Assembly: GCF_009914755.1 (NCBI RefSeq)
Contig: NC_060931.1
From: the human T2T-CHM13v2.0 reference genome, Homo sapiens
Reading direction: 5' to 3' (one strand)
Length of the DNA: 64,000 bases
The notes under the pieces are model-generated. The model saw nothing but the letters and a program-made list of their open reading frames with translations, made no database searches and was not told where the DNA came from. Positions within the stretch are counted from its first letter, which is position 1. The number at the start of each line of letters is the position of its first letter. Both the position numbers and the translations under genes were made by a program. Shown here in pieces: positions 1 through 14,387 of the stretch.

Positions 1-2270
1 ATGGTATCCTTCATCTAATAGAAATCCTGAATTTTGATATGATTATGGTAAATAAAATACTTTTCTCCTTATATTTTGTGCTTTTAAAATTCCGTTTAAG
101 AAGTTATCCTTTATTCTAGGTCTCAAAGGAAATCTTCTTTTAACCTTATAGTTTAGTCCTTCCTACTTAGGCCTTTAATCCGTCTCTAGGTCACCTTTAT
201 ATGTGGCATTAGGTAGGGAACTAGTGTAATGGTTATCTGTATGGTAAGTAAATTTAGCCAAATCTGTTAATTAAATAGTTCATCTTTCCCTCATTAATTC
301 ATAATTCATCTTAACTGTATATTTGCTCCCTATACTGACTCTGTTCCATTGATTTTTTTGGCTGTTCTTGCCTGACCACCCCAGTTTTTGCTACCACGTG
401 TTTCTAATATGTCTTAAAGTCTGGAAGGGTAGGTCCCCCTACTCACTCCTCCTATGATCTTTGCTTTGTTGGTGGGTTTTTATCCTTCTATGTAAATTTC
501 AGAGTAGATGCATTGAGCTCTGTAAATCAACTGGAATTTTGATTCAAAGGTGCAACACACATATTGGTTAATTGGAGACTAATTGATATCTTTAAAATAT
601 TAAAAATCTATATCTGAGCATAGCATGTGTCTCCATTTACTCAGATCAACTTCTATGTACTTTATTACATATTAACTTTTTCTCTGGAAGGACCTCAGGT
701 GTTCTTAAATTAATTCCTGGTTAGTTCTTATTACTAATGAGAATAACACTCTATTTTTAAATATTTTATATTTTGTTATTGTTGTAGAAAAATGCCATTT
801 TGTTTTAGGTAGATCTGATACCCAGAAATCTTTCATTTATTCTAGTAGTTTGTCTTGTGTTTTCTAGGTAAGTGATCATATCATTTGCAAACAATAACAC
901 TTTGATCTCTTCCTTTCCAGCATTTAGACTTCTCCCCCTTTTTTTTTTCTTTTTTTATAGTCAAACACAGCTATATTGTCTTTCAATAGCACTGATAACG
1001 GCCGTCTTATTCTATTCTCAGTCTTAAGGTAAATACGTCCAAATTTTTTTCAATAAAGATAATGTTTACTTTTTCTTTTTTGGTGTATTTTTACCAGTTT
1101 AAGGAATTTCCATAGTTCCTAATTTGCTAAGAGTTTTGTCATAAACAGCTGTTGAACTTTATCATGTATTTCTTCATCAATTGAGATAATTGTATGAATA
1201 TTGCCTTTTGGCCTATTAATACGATAAGTTATGTTAATAGATTTTTCTTTTGTTAAACCATCCTTGCTCACTTGGAATAAATCCTACTTGATAATGATGT
1301 GTTTGAATACATTGTTTAATTTGGTTAGCTAATATTTTAATTAGGATTTTTGTACTTATCATAAGTGAAATATGCCTATAGTTTTCTTTTCTTACATTGC
1401 TCTTACCTCATTTTGAAATAAAAACTATACTAACTTCAACTTTTATTCCTTCTCTTTTCTTGAAAATAATATGTAAAAGGTAGGATTTCATTGTTCTTTG
1501 TAAGTTTGATAGAATGAACCTTAAAACTATCTGGGCTTAGAGTTTGGGGAGATAAGATGTCTTTGGTTATCACTTCAATTTCTTTAATATTTTTGGTCTA
1601 ATTATGATCTTTATTTTATTTTATCATTTTATTTTGGGACAGGGTCTTACTCTGTCACCCCAGCTGGAGTGCAGTGGTGTGAGCACGGCTCACTGCTGCC
1701 TCAATCTCTTGGGCTCAAGCAATCCCCCACCTCAGCCTCCCAAGTAGCTAGGAACACACGTGTGTGCCACTATGCCCAGCCAATTATTTTTTATTTTTTG
1801 TAGAGACAAGATCTTACCATGTTGCCCAAGCTGGCTTTAAACTTCTGGGCTCAAGGGATCCCTGGATCCCCTGGCCTCAGCCTCCCAAAGTGCTGGGATT
1901 ACAGGCATGAACCATGACACCCTGCCTCTCATTTTTTCCTTGTACCAATTTTGACTTTTTGTATTTTCTAAAAATGTATCCATTACATCTAGCCTATAAT
2001 TATTCATAACACTCTTATTATTTTACTTCCTGATTTGTCTATAGTTCTTTAAATTTCATATTTTATTATTTGTATCTTCTCTCTTTTATCTTGATTAGTG
2101 TCTTCAGAAGTCTATTTTACCAATAATATGAAAAAATTCACTTTTGGTTATATTAATCTTTACTATTATTTTTCTTTTGTTGTTAGTTGTATTGATTTCT
2201 GCCCTTATATTTATTATTTCATGTATTCTTGTTTCTTTGGTTTAATCCCATACTTCTGTTTTGACTTTCT
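1..2270 (-). mobile_element. Ancient LINE-1 (L1M-class) ORF2-region remnant, interrupted by an AluJ
   Basis: T-rich sequence with degenerate antisense L1 ORF2 motifs (e.g. ggaattttgattcaaagg, ttaggatttttgtactt, tttgatagaatgaacc); no intact ORF. Confidence 0.7.
1610..1926 (-). mobile_element. AluJ
   Basis: Antisense Alu dimer with J-type wording (gacagggtcttactctgtcacc, gggctcaagcaatccc) and a degenerate T-rich tail. Confidence 0.92.
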
Positions 2271-2566
2271 ATCTCCAGAGCTTAGCATATACTTAGTACA
2301 CAGAAACTTTTTTCTATCAAATATTTATTGAATAAATGAATTGTAAACACCTTGAGATCAGATAATATGTTTTGTCAATCTTCATAGTCCTCAAAATACC
2401 TACTATACCACTTAGCACATGGGAGGGTTCAGTAAATATTGAGGGAATTTTTCCTGAAGGAATATTTAATGTAAAAAAATACATATCTATTTAAAGAAAC
2501 CTCCAGAGGTCATATAATTGAGCCTTCTGAGTCAAAAGAAAAAAAAAACAGTAAACATTTCTGATA

Positions 2567-3040
2567 GTGTGGTAGAGCCCGTGAGAGATTCCCCCCATTG
2601 TTTTCTTCTTCCTTAGTGACAGAACCCCTAATTCTAGCTAGGCACACAACCATCTGAAATAAAGACAAAGTGATTACCTTCTGGTCAATGGGATACAAGT
2701 GAAAATGGTGGGTACAACTTAAGAAAGTATAAAGGGAAAAGATGTGTCTTTTTTCCTCCCCTTTCTTAGTCTTGCTTTCTTGAATCTGCATCTCATGGTT
2801 AGGGTTCCAGTAGTTAAAATGGATAAGGAGGTGACCTTGGGAATGGAAGTCTTACATGACAGAAGAACAAGATAAAGTGCCTGGGTTCCTTGTACCCGGA
2901 AGCTTTCATGGTAGCCCAAGATGATAGCTTTTGAACTTCTTTATGAAAGAACTCCTCTGTTGTTTAAGGCACAGTTTGGGGTCTTTTTCTGTGGTGGCAA
3001 GAGGGAGGTTTCTGTCACATGTAGCTGAACATATTAAATG
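2567..3040 (+). mobile_element. Old ERVL-MaLR LTR (MLT1J/K-like)
   Basis: MLT1-type blocks: cttccttagtgacagaacccc, ttctggtcaatgggata, gaggtgaccttgggaatggaag, cctgggttccttg, ttgtttaaggcac. Confidence 0.6.
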
Positions 3041-4077
3041 ATTAGAATAGAGGGAATAGATTAGTAATTGATTCAGTTGGTACTTGTTGATCCTTTTCTG
3101 AAAGATGTCCTTGCACACACAACAAAGATCTAAGAAAGAAGTTGATGTTAAATCCCCATTTCACACATGAGAAAAGCAATGTGGGAGCTGAGACTATGAT
3201 TTATCTCTCATTCTTACTCAGATCTCAATTTGCTGGACAAGTTTGCCTTTTCTAAATCAATGAGGCCCAGTCCCAAAGGTTTTTACCATAGAAGAATCTA
3301 GGTTTACTCATGTAAACACTGAATAATTTTCAGTTCTAGTGACTGCCTGGGCAAAATCCAAGTAAGCCTCAAATTTTTCAGACTCTGGTATGATTTTTCT
3401 CAGGTTTGACTCTCTAGGTAGCGAGGTAATTAGACTCCCTGTTCTTTTCAAGGTCAAAGACCACTGGACAAAAATATGAGAACTTTGTCCACCCTTTGTG
3501 GCTAATGAGCTTGACTCTCAAAGGGCTATTTCACCTCCTTCATGAGTTGTCATTTGGAGTCCACTCTCTCAGTCATGGCTTTGCAGGGAGGTTTGGAGCT
3601 CAGTCCAGAGCAAGCTCCCCAGATGACAGCTACATGCTCTATAACCTATACGACCAAGAGACCATGTTGCCTCTGTCTACCAGCTCCTTTATGGCCCCGT
3701 GGTCTCCTTGTTGTTATGGGGAGTTTCTCAGAGTGTTCTGCTCAAAATCAACTTCAAAATCACCTGATTTACATTAAAAAATATTTGCTTTTGTGACCAG
3801 GAGAAAAGTTTGCACTCAAGACCCAAACAAGCTTCCCAGTCTTTCTTTCCAAGCCCCAACCCTGATCCTCACACACAAGGAAGGTTTGAGCTTGCAGAAA
3901 AGACATTTACCCAGCCACCAAAATAGTTACCAGGGATGACAAGGACCTGCCTCCCATCTTAGCGAGGGAAGAGAGTACAAGAGGGATCAGAGACATGAGA
4001 ATCAGCCATTGATACAGATCTGCACTGTGAAGAGACACAGACATGGTGAGAAGGTCGTCAGACTCTCATTGTCTCAC

Positions 4078-4164
4078 CTTTCAATGGATTCTTCTCTACC
4101 CGTGGAAGAGTCACTGAGAAGTGGAAAGATCTCTCTAATGCCATCGGGAAGTGTTAGTACAATT
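4078..4164 (-). other. Candidate 87-nt internal exon of a minus-strand transcript
   Basis: Minus strand has a long polypyrimidine tract and acceptor ttctctttctttttccatgtttcttctggttcatag|AATT, and a donor AAG|GTGAGA; unique sequence; no transcript data available. Confidence 0.4.
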
Positions 4165-5289
4165 CTATGAACCAGAAGAAACATGGAAAAAGAAAGAGAA
4201 CTTCTCCCCCACCATAACCAAAACTTTCCATTAAGTATGCCCTATCAACCACTTACAACCCATCAATCAATTAAAAAATGAAAGAAATACCAAAAGTACC
4301 CAGAAAAGAGCTGTTAGCCTGCAAATAAAAGCATTTAAAAGTTTCCCTATTTTCCTTCCTTTCCATAGTATGTTTCTATTCTTCTCATAGCCAGTTTGCT
4401 GGTTTCAATTTTCCTTGAAGAAGCTCCCACACTAATGAGATTGGTTGTTTAAATGTCTCCAAGAAGCAACATAGACTGCTGGGATCTGTATTCTCTTTAT
4501 TGAAAAAAAAAATATCAAATGGACTGCAGAGATTAAGGTGGAATTAATTCCACCCGGGAAGAGAGGAGCCGAGCTGCTTCAGTCTCTTGGTTTATAAGGT
4601 CACCAGAATCCCTTGTCAGGAACTATTCCTCCGTAAATCACTTCTGCCCAGCTACTCGGCAGCCCTGAGTTGCAGATAATCCAGACAGTGATTGTGTCTG
4701 GTCTCTAAGCAAAAGATTCATTGACCTCCCCTAAGAGGATTCTGGTACCAGCTTTGCCTGCAGGAAGAAGTGGACGAGCCCAGCCTCTAATATGCACCAG
4801 CTTTTTTGACCACCTGCTGGCCAGGATTCAGTCTCACAGGTAAACATCTTGAGTAGAGAAGCCACTGCTGAAAGTACAGATTCTGCTATGGGAGGGGGCC
4901 TGCATTCCCCAGGAGCCAGCTCATACAGCATGCAAAAGGGCAGGGCCAACCTTAGGACTTGGGAGTCAGATATTGGACTTCAACCAAGTATATTAGACTC
5001 CCAGCTGTGAGGACCGGTGTATATTTATATTTCTTCCTTGAGTACGGTTTTGAATTTTAAAAACTGTATCACACTGATGAGTGCATATTTAGCTACCAAT
5101 TAATTCTGGCCTTGAGCAATCACTTAACTTGGGGCGGGGTCCTTTGTTTCAAATAGATCTAAATTAAAACCTTGCATCCACTATGTATTGATGGTGCCTT
5201 ATTGGGAAAGTTAATGCATGTTTTGCAAGGTTGTGGTGAGGATTTAAACGATAACATGCCTAAAGTGCCTAGCAGACTATCCAATTGGG

Positions 5290-5787
5290 TTATTTGCCCA
5301 GCTGTGCCCACCACTGTCCACACCCCTCTTCTGTGAAGTTCCTTGTGTTGCAAGGGTGGGTGCTAAGGTACCTGACTCCACTACCCCTGTGTTCTGGCGG
5401 GGGGCACCTAACACAAGCCAGGCCAATATGCATGCCTTTCCCCAAGATTCTGCACTGGATGAGTGCTGAGAGAAATCAGTCTCTCTCTGGATAGTGGCCC
5501 ATGAACTCCCACTAGCTCAGGAGCTGATGGGGACCCTGTGCTCTGCCAACCAGCCTGGAACAATGGGAGGAGCTAGTCTTCAGATGAAGAGAGAGAAGAG
5601 GAACATAGATATACGGACAGGAAACAGGAGACAGGGTAGATATCATTCAAGGCTCTGCTTCTAATTCATCTCTGCCCCTGGGTTCCATGAAACTCATACC
5701 CTTGCATCCTCAAAATAAGGTTCTCTGTCTCGTGAAAAGTAGCTTGTGCTGGTTTCGTTACATGAAATAGAAAAGAGTCTTAATAAT
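5290..5787 (+). mobile_element. Old MaLR LTR (MLT1K/L-like)
   Basis: caagccaggccaat block and 3' end agcttgtgctggtttcgttacatgaaatagaaaagagtcttaataat, typical of late MLT1 subfamilies. Confidence 0.5.
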
Positions 5788-6309
5788 CTGGTAAACAGTT
5801 GTTTTTCAATAAACAGTAAACATCAACTTATGTAATATAAGAGAATTGGCCAAGAGATGCCACAGGTTCTCCTGCCCCACCCCACCCCTGCCCAGCCAAC
5901 TATCTGACTTGATATAATTACTTACTGGGACATCTTCCCTATCTATATATCCTACAACTACTTTGAACTAAACTTATCATTATTCAATAACTCATTCATT
6001 TGATAAGCCATTTCTCTGTACAGATGCAGGGACCGTGACATACCTCTATTCCCATGTGCAGATGGTGACATCTCTCAGTCCTGTCCCCTAGATATGACTC
6101 CGCTTGCACCGGACTCTGACCCTAGCCACAGCCTCTCCCTGGGACTCAACCCTCCTGGTCCTGCACTTCCCTCTTGTCCCAGCCCTTGATGGCTCTTCCT
6201 TTGTTGACTCCAGTCCTAGCAGTGCACACCAGCCCAGGCTCAGCATCAACCTAAAAAGCAGTGCTTTTAAAAGGCAAGTGTCCTCAGCACTCACAATAAA
6301 ATTAACAAA

Positions 6310-6530
6310 TGTGCAGGCCCCATGCTGAGCACTCTGCAGGAATCATCTCATTTAATTCTCACAACTTACGAGATTGGCACTGTTCTTATCCACATTTTAT
6401 TGATGAAGAGAATGGAGCATGGGGAAGATAAGTCATTTTATTCAAGGTCACACAGTTAGGAAACGGCAGAGCTAAGATCCAAATCCATGCGGCGGTGTGC
6501 CAAGGCCATGCACTTTGCCTCGTAGCCCCG
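6310..6530 (-). mobile_element. MIR
   Basis: Antisense MIR core: atctcatttaattctcacaac ... ccacattttattgatgaagagaatggag ... caaggtcacacagttagg. Confidence 0.75.
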
Positions 6531-6856
6531 GTAGATGAGACCCTTTGGACTAGGCATTGCTTTTGTTATTTACTGTACTGATGAGGCTATGTCTGAGAAA
6601 CAGCTGTAAGAATTTAGAGAGGGGATCCAGTGATAGAGTCAACAGATCTTTGTCCCCAGGATTTGGGGACAAGGCAGAACTAGACTTTGGTCCTGGAGAA
6701 CAGGTGGGTGACATGATAAGTGGTGGAAAGGTCAAGGGCTTGGAAGCATGATGGTGCTTGGGGGGTCTGTTAGGAAGTGGGTAGGTGGCATTGGTAGATT
6801 TGGGCCAATTCTGGGGACACAGAAAGCCAGGCAGAGTTGGAACTTGGTTTGGTTAT

Positions 6857-7628
<772 letters not shown>

Positions 7629-7699
7629 TCATCATCAGAAAAACCTAGTTCCTTGAGCAGGTTAGGGTAACAAAAGGGAAACCAACCAAGGTCACTGGG

Positions 7700-7913
7700 T
7701 CACCTTTGAAGTGTGTAAGCACACGTTCTATACATTCTCATGCCACTCAGTTCAGCTGTATGCAGTTTTCTGCATTCACCTAGTGTTTCTCGTAGGCTAA
7801 ATCGCACATAAGTAAATGTGAAATCTGTGTTATGCTCAAATCATTCCCTAATCCATCAATTGCATTGGAACAGATTTGCATTTCCAAAACAAGCATTATA
7901 GCAGAACTAACTG
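7700..7913 (-). mobile_element. TcMar-Tigger DNA transposon end (Tigger13a-like)
   Basis: Reverse complement begins cagttagttctgctataatgcttgttttggaaatgcaaatctgttccaatgcaattgat, matching a remembered Tigger terminal sequence. Confidence 0.65.
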
Positions 7914-9008
7914 AACCACCAAACTCACACAGAGAGTTAGCAATGGGGCTGGGCACAGTTTTACACGTAACTCTCTAGATTCACAGGGCCACCCCTGACT
8001 TTAAGCCTGAGAAAAATTAGGGAGGAGGGAGCACCTGATATATGGCAAAAAATTTCATTCATCAGAAAGCAGCTCGAGCTCTCATATATTTAGAATTCTC
8101 TGCCTTCAACTTCAGTAGAAGCAAATCACGGGAAACAAGCTGATATCTGGAATTTAGCCAAACAAAATCAGGAATGCATCCCAAAGTGAGATTCACACAG
8201 TCCCCTGAGCCTTCCACACCTATGGTCAAGCATAATAAAAACTGGCATTTTTGGAATGGGGTTTCTGAATCATGATCCTGGATGCTTTCTAAATCACCAA
8301 ATCAAAAGTAGATAATGTTCAACATTCAAACATCTGAGGAAGGAAAATGAACAGAAGCCTTTGAAAAAGTTTAACGAGACTAACCAAAACAAAGATTTTC
8401 AATAATCCACAGTTAACCAAAAAACCCGCACCCAGAGCATTCCAGTTCCCAGAGGCTGACCTACACATACACACAAGAGACATGCCTTCTGAGCGTGGTT
8501 TCAAATTCTAGAGAAATTGCCAATATGGCTCAAGTTGTCTAAGGAAAAGCAGCCTCTCTCCTTCCTTCCACCTTCTCCCCCTCCTGCCTCACTGCTCACC
8601 AACCCTGGATCTCCTTTTGCGTCCCTGAGAGCAGACAGGGCCTCTGGCACCTAGCTAGGAGCAGCCCAGAGCACAACAAAAGAGCAGCTGCAAATCCATA
8701 CTGAGCAGATGAGAAATCAAGGAAAAACTTTATAGATTGAGAGATGGATAGTTCTGAAACGTAATAACAAGGCTAAAGGGATTGGAGTTTTATCTACCTT
8801 TGACAGAAGCACCTTAATGGGGCCCCTTATGAGGGGCTATGAGAGCAATGATCACTGTGTAAAGAAGATGTTCTCTGAGCCTGTGCCTTTTTGCAGCCTA
8901 GAAGTGCCAATCAAATCACTTTCCTCACGTTAATTAATTAGGCCTCTTGCATTCCCCAAGGAAATTCAGAACAGAAGCATTATGTTCTGGAAAGAGGAAA
9001 GTGAGCAG

Positions 9009-9745
9009 CATCACATCATCATTATCACCATCACCACCATCATCATCATCATCACTATCACCATCACTGCCATCATCATCATCCATATCACCATCACCAC
9101 CATCACTCCCATCATCCTCATCACTATCACCATCAACACCATCACCACCATCATCCTTATCACTATCACCATCACCACCATCACCGCCATCATCCTCATC
9201 ACTATCACCATCACCACCATCACTGCCATCATCCTCATCTCTATCACCATCACTGCCATCATCCTCATCACTATCACCATCACCACCATCACTGCCATCA
9301 TCCTCATCTCTATCACCATCACTGCCATCATCCTCATCACTATCACCATCAACACCATCACTGCCATCATCCTCATCACTATCACCATCACCACCATCAC
9401 CACCATCATCCTCATCACTATCACCATCACCACCATCACTGCCATCATCATCATCACTATCACCATCACCACCATCACCACCACCATCATCATCAGTATC
9501 ACCATCACCACCATCACCATCATCATCACTATCACCATCACCATCATCACCACCATCCTCATCACTATCATCATCCCCACCATCACTGCCATCATCCTCA
9601 TGACTATCACCATCACCATCACTGCAATCATCATCATCACTATCACCATCACCACCATCACCGCCATCATTCTCATCACTATCACCATCACCACCATGGC
9701 CACCATGATCATCATCACTATCACCATCACCATCATCCTCATTAT
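9009..9745. repeat. (CAT/CAC)n-derived minisatellite with 39-bp and 30-bp units
   Basis: Repeated tca cta tca cca tca cca cca tca cYg cca tca tcc tca (13 triplets) and a 10-triplet variant. Confidence 0.95.
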
Positions 9746-9839
9746 TCCATGGGGATAATGAGACCCCATGCTGAGAGCTGTAAGAAGCCAGCTGGGCACA
9801 CACTCTCCAGGCAGAAGTGTGCAGTAAAAGGCAGAATGA

Positions 9840-10010
9840 ATAGTTCATTCATTTATTCACCAACATATTAATTCTATGCTTGTTGGGACCGTACTCTGTA
9901 TTAGCATGAGGGCTACAGGTAGAATGAATAACACAGAGTCACTGCACTCGAGGAACACTCAGTCCAATGGCAAAGGAGAAGTACACTGCAAGCATTACAG
10001 TGAAAGTGCT
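9840..10010 (-). mobile_element. L2 3' end fragment
   Basis: tcattcatttattcaccaacatatt...tatgc, the antisense L2 tail. Confidence 0.6.
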
Positions 10011-10094
10011 CTCAGAGAAAGCTGGCCCAAGATTCTAACTGCCCAAGAAAGTCATAAGGCATTCACCCTTTGCCCTCTGACACTTACCCTGTGG

Positions 10095-10785
10095 CCAATT
10101 CATCACCAAGTTTGCCCAGTCTCTCCTCTCATGGAGACTTCAATCCGTTCCTTCTGCCACTGCTTCCATTCAACCCCTCCCAGCATCCCCCACCCCCGCA
10201 CTCCTGCGACAGCCTAAAAACTTGTCTCCCTGCCTCCACTCTTGCCTCTCGTGGTCCATTCTCCCTGGTGCAGCCAGATGGATCTTCCCAAAACTGCAAC
10301 CCTCAGGGATTACTCACTCCACTGACTAAAAACTCTCCTTGTCTCAAGGACCACATTCAAACTCAGAAAAGGCCCTTCAGGGTCAGATGCAGTCCTGCTC
10401 TGCCGTGCCCAGGTGGGACTGACACTGGTCACCCTGTGGTGCTCACTCTGTCTGGGACAGCCAGGAACTGCCACCCCTGAGGCCTTGCTCACATGTTGTT
10501 TCTCTACCTGGGGGGCCCTTCCTACCCTGTCACTACCTGCTGAAATGCCCCTCATCCCTAAAGGCCCAGCTCAGTGTCCACACGAGTGACATGCCACAGC
10601 CCCCTCCGTCCCATTCCCAGCGGGATTCATCACACCTTGATTATAGCATTTTACACGTTTTGTCATAATTACATTTCTGTATCTCCCTTCCCTCCCAGAT
10701 TTGCAATTCTTTGAGTGCAGAGCCAGTCTCCTCAATGTCAGAGCAGTGCCTGACATTGAGTAGGGCCACTCAGTAATAGATGGTG
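10095..10785 (+). mobile_element. L2 3' region
   Basis: gccttgctcacatgttgtttctctacctgg...aggcccagctcagtgtc...cagtgcctgacattgagtagggccactcagtaa. Confidence 0.7.
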
Positions 10786-11132
10786 GAAAGAGTGGTCAGC
10801 GACAAACTGTTTCCAAAATGTGTCCATGGCTGCTTGGAAGTATGTGAGTTGCTCCATCATGTGGTTGTAAGTCCTGCAGAGTAAAAGCCTCATCCTTCTT
10901 TCACATATGGCTAACCACAAGAGCATGTGGTTTGTGGGCAATGTCCTGGAGTGATGGGGAATTTGCCCTGGACCAGCCTTCCCCTTAGTCCCTTCCACCA
11001 CCCTTCTTGTGGCTATCGTCATATGTAGGTGATGACTGAATGGGGGTTGGTGGCCATTACCAATGAGCTATCACTGCAGATGGCCAACTACAACCTGCTC
11101 ATTTACTTTTATTTACTGAATTAGACTAATAG

Positions 11133-11280
11133 ATATTATTATCCTCACTTTATAGGTGAATAAACAGCCTCTCTGGTGTTAAGTTGCCCAAGACCACACA
11201 GCTAGTAAGTACCAGAGCTAAGATTTGAACCTCTGGCTGTCTGACTCCCAGGCCTAAGTTCTTCCCGCTACACTGGGCTG
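11133..11280 (-). mobile_element. MIR
   Basis: attattatcctcactttatagg...gcccaagaccacacagctagtaagt...gatttgaacc...tctgactcc. Confidence 0.8.
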
Positions 11281-13299
11281 CCCCCCATTGGCAGTGGGAG
11301 GGGGAAGCCTGTGGGCTGTAGAGCAGTAGCTGGGACAACATTGACTCTGTGTCCTGTAGGGCCAACACTCCATGAGCACTGGCTTTTATTTACCTTATAT
11401 GGTGAAAAGAGAGATGCCCATTTTTTCCCATTTCTCCAGACTCTAACAGATGGGTGCTAATTTGGTAAGTGCAAATTATCTGGCTTCAGTTCTATCCACC
11501 ATCTGCCTGCTTGAACTAGTGAAACCAGGGTGAGTTGTAATTATGCCCAGCTCTCTTCACAAGGTCCTTCCCTTCCTTTAGATTAGTTTATCCTCTTCCT
11601 ATTTTAAGAAAGAGCTTCACATAGCAGGGCATTTATGGAACACTTCCAAGAACCCGAGCAGAGAGTGAAATAATGAAGGCAAAGCAATCATGCAGACAAA
11701 ACCCTTACACAAGATGGCAGGAGCCCCAGCCTGGCCCTGCTCCTCCTGGGGAATTTCTGGGAAGATGGGAAACTAGTCACTACAATCCCTGGGCCTCAAT
11801 TTCTCCACCAGAGCACTGGCAGTAGGAGCCTCTGAGACTGGGAAGTGGAGCTATGCTGTGTGCAAAGGGACTGCTCTGCTATTGCTGCTGCTGCACTGGC
11901 AGGCATTTGGAGGGCATCCCTAAGCTTCTCATCCTCGTCCTCTGAAGGAAGCTCTTCAGTCCCCTCTCAAAGGTTCTTCCTAGTCCCCCCATCCCTGCTA
12001 AAAATAAAAGGCTGAATTTCATCTTATTCAGACCATAGCTAGAATACAGGTGCTTAAAGCTCCCTCTCTCTCTGCTGTCTGCAGCAACCTGCCCTAACAT
12101 TCAGCCTCTACAATGTCTTCAAGACTAAAACGTGCATGCATGGGAAGAGGGTCATCAGGCTAAGGGAAGCCATTTACCCAACCCAAAGTGCATCATTTAA
12201 ACCCCAGATGTCATTCATTCTTATCTGAAGGAATCCTTTCCATTCATTTGCCTAAGGCTCCTCTTCTCCTCCCAGTTTCTGCCTCCTGGAGAGAGCATCT
12301 TAGGAGATAACCACCCATATAGCACAGCGAAGGATTCCACCTTGAGTGCCATGATACTGCCTCTTGGAGGAGCAGAGGTTTGCCACTTGTAATGTGGATG
12401 AGCAGGAGGGTGTCTGGCCCGTGGAGCAGTTCCTTGTCTGTCCCCACAAGGAAGGGAAGCTTCTCTGTGTGCCCAGGCACCCCCATATCTCTTCTCCTCC
12501 AGTCACTGGTCTCCCCAACCCCAATCACACAGTCACCCCCTTTCCCCATCTCTGAGACTGGCAAGTGAGCCAGTCCCCCCGGCCAGCAGCCAAGTGAATT
12601 TTTAAAAGTCTCTCTTTGACAAACTAAGAGGGAGAGTTGGCTGTTTCATTTGGTGGTTTTCTTTAGCAACACTGAAATGTCTAACATCTAAATGTGTGGT
12701 GTTTGCGAACTTAAATATGTCGCCTCTGGACCTGCCATTCCTTAAGAAACATCTGCTCCCCAGAAGATCAGAAGTGAGAAACTGCAAAGTTGCATTACTT
12801 ATCTTTCCCTAAAGAAATGAAAGGTGTTTTTCTCCCCCTCAAAGTAACAGCTCTTTCTCCACTCCACATCAAAACTCCAGCCTTTGGCAAACATATCTTA
12901 ACGCTTCCAAATCCACGCTCCGACACAGAACTTCAGACTTCAAAAGTGACAGCAGTGGGGCCAAGCCCGGTGCACACTTCTCAGTACCCAACTCCTTCAC
13001 AACTTCTGAACGTCTCCAAGAAAGATCAGAGGGCAGCAAGGCTACTGTGCTGTGCCCACGTCATAACGTGCACCCAAAGGTGGGGGAATTTATTAAACAA
13101 CCTGGGGCATGATCCTGGAAGATGGGCTACACACAAATCTCCCCATAGGTAGAGTCTGGCCTAGAATTTGAAAACTGTATCTAAGGCTGACAATTTAGCA
13201 AGGGAGACCAGTACCAAAAGAGGAGTCCAGATACCTGTAGTGAGAGAGAACCAGTAGAAAGGGCCCTGGACCTTCAGCCTTCTCTGTGACCTTGATGCT

Positions 13300-13841
13300 C
13301 TCAGCTAAAAAGAGATGCAGCTGCATATTATGAGCAACTAAAGTAACAGAAGTTTTAACAGGCAGGGCACATTCTTTCCCCTAAAAAAGGCTGGAAGGAG
13401 GGAAAGAGTCCAGGGGCTCCATGAAATCACTGGAGACCAAGGCTGCTGACTTTGTGTTCTGCCATCTTCAAGGTCACCTCAAGGCTGCTTCACAGCTTCC
13501 ATTCTCAAGGTCATCAGTAGGTCAAGATTGCTGTTTTGAGCTCCTGCTATTACACCATCTTCTAGGGATCAGGAAATCAGAAAAACAAGAGCAAAATGTC
13601 CCCTTGACAGCAATGCATGCCAAGTCAACTCCATTTTAGCAAACTTCCCAAAGGATAGCACATGTCCGCTTACATCTCAGTGGCCAGGACTTAGTCACAT
13701 GGCCACACCTAACTGCAGAGGACACTGGGAAATAGCACCTGTTAGCTACATGCATTGTGTGACCTCGAAAAAAATTGGGCTTCTTTTACTAAGAATGGAA
13801 GGAACAACAGATGTGATGTAGCACCTGGCAGTCTCTGTCAC
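13300..13841 (-). mobile_element. MLT1J/K-like MaLR LTR
   Basis: tggccaggacttagtcacatggccacacctaactgcag...ctgggaaat...cagtctctgtcaca. Confidence 0.65.
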
Positions 13842-13877
13842 AGATTCAACTTTCTACCTGTCAAAAGAATGTGTTCA

Positions 13878-14387
<510 letters not shown>

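Noticed and set aside
8934-9848. 304-aa Asp/Gly/Ser-rich ORF resembling acidic biomineral phosphoproteins, plus overlapping 218-262-aa ORFs
   Set aside because: All arise from the stop-poor triplet repeat; there is no unique domain, signal peptide or splice context, and four frames are open at once
10083-10215. Strong minus-strand donor AGG|GTAAGT near 10088
   Set aside because: No convincing upstream acceptor; lies at the edge of an L2 relic
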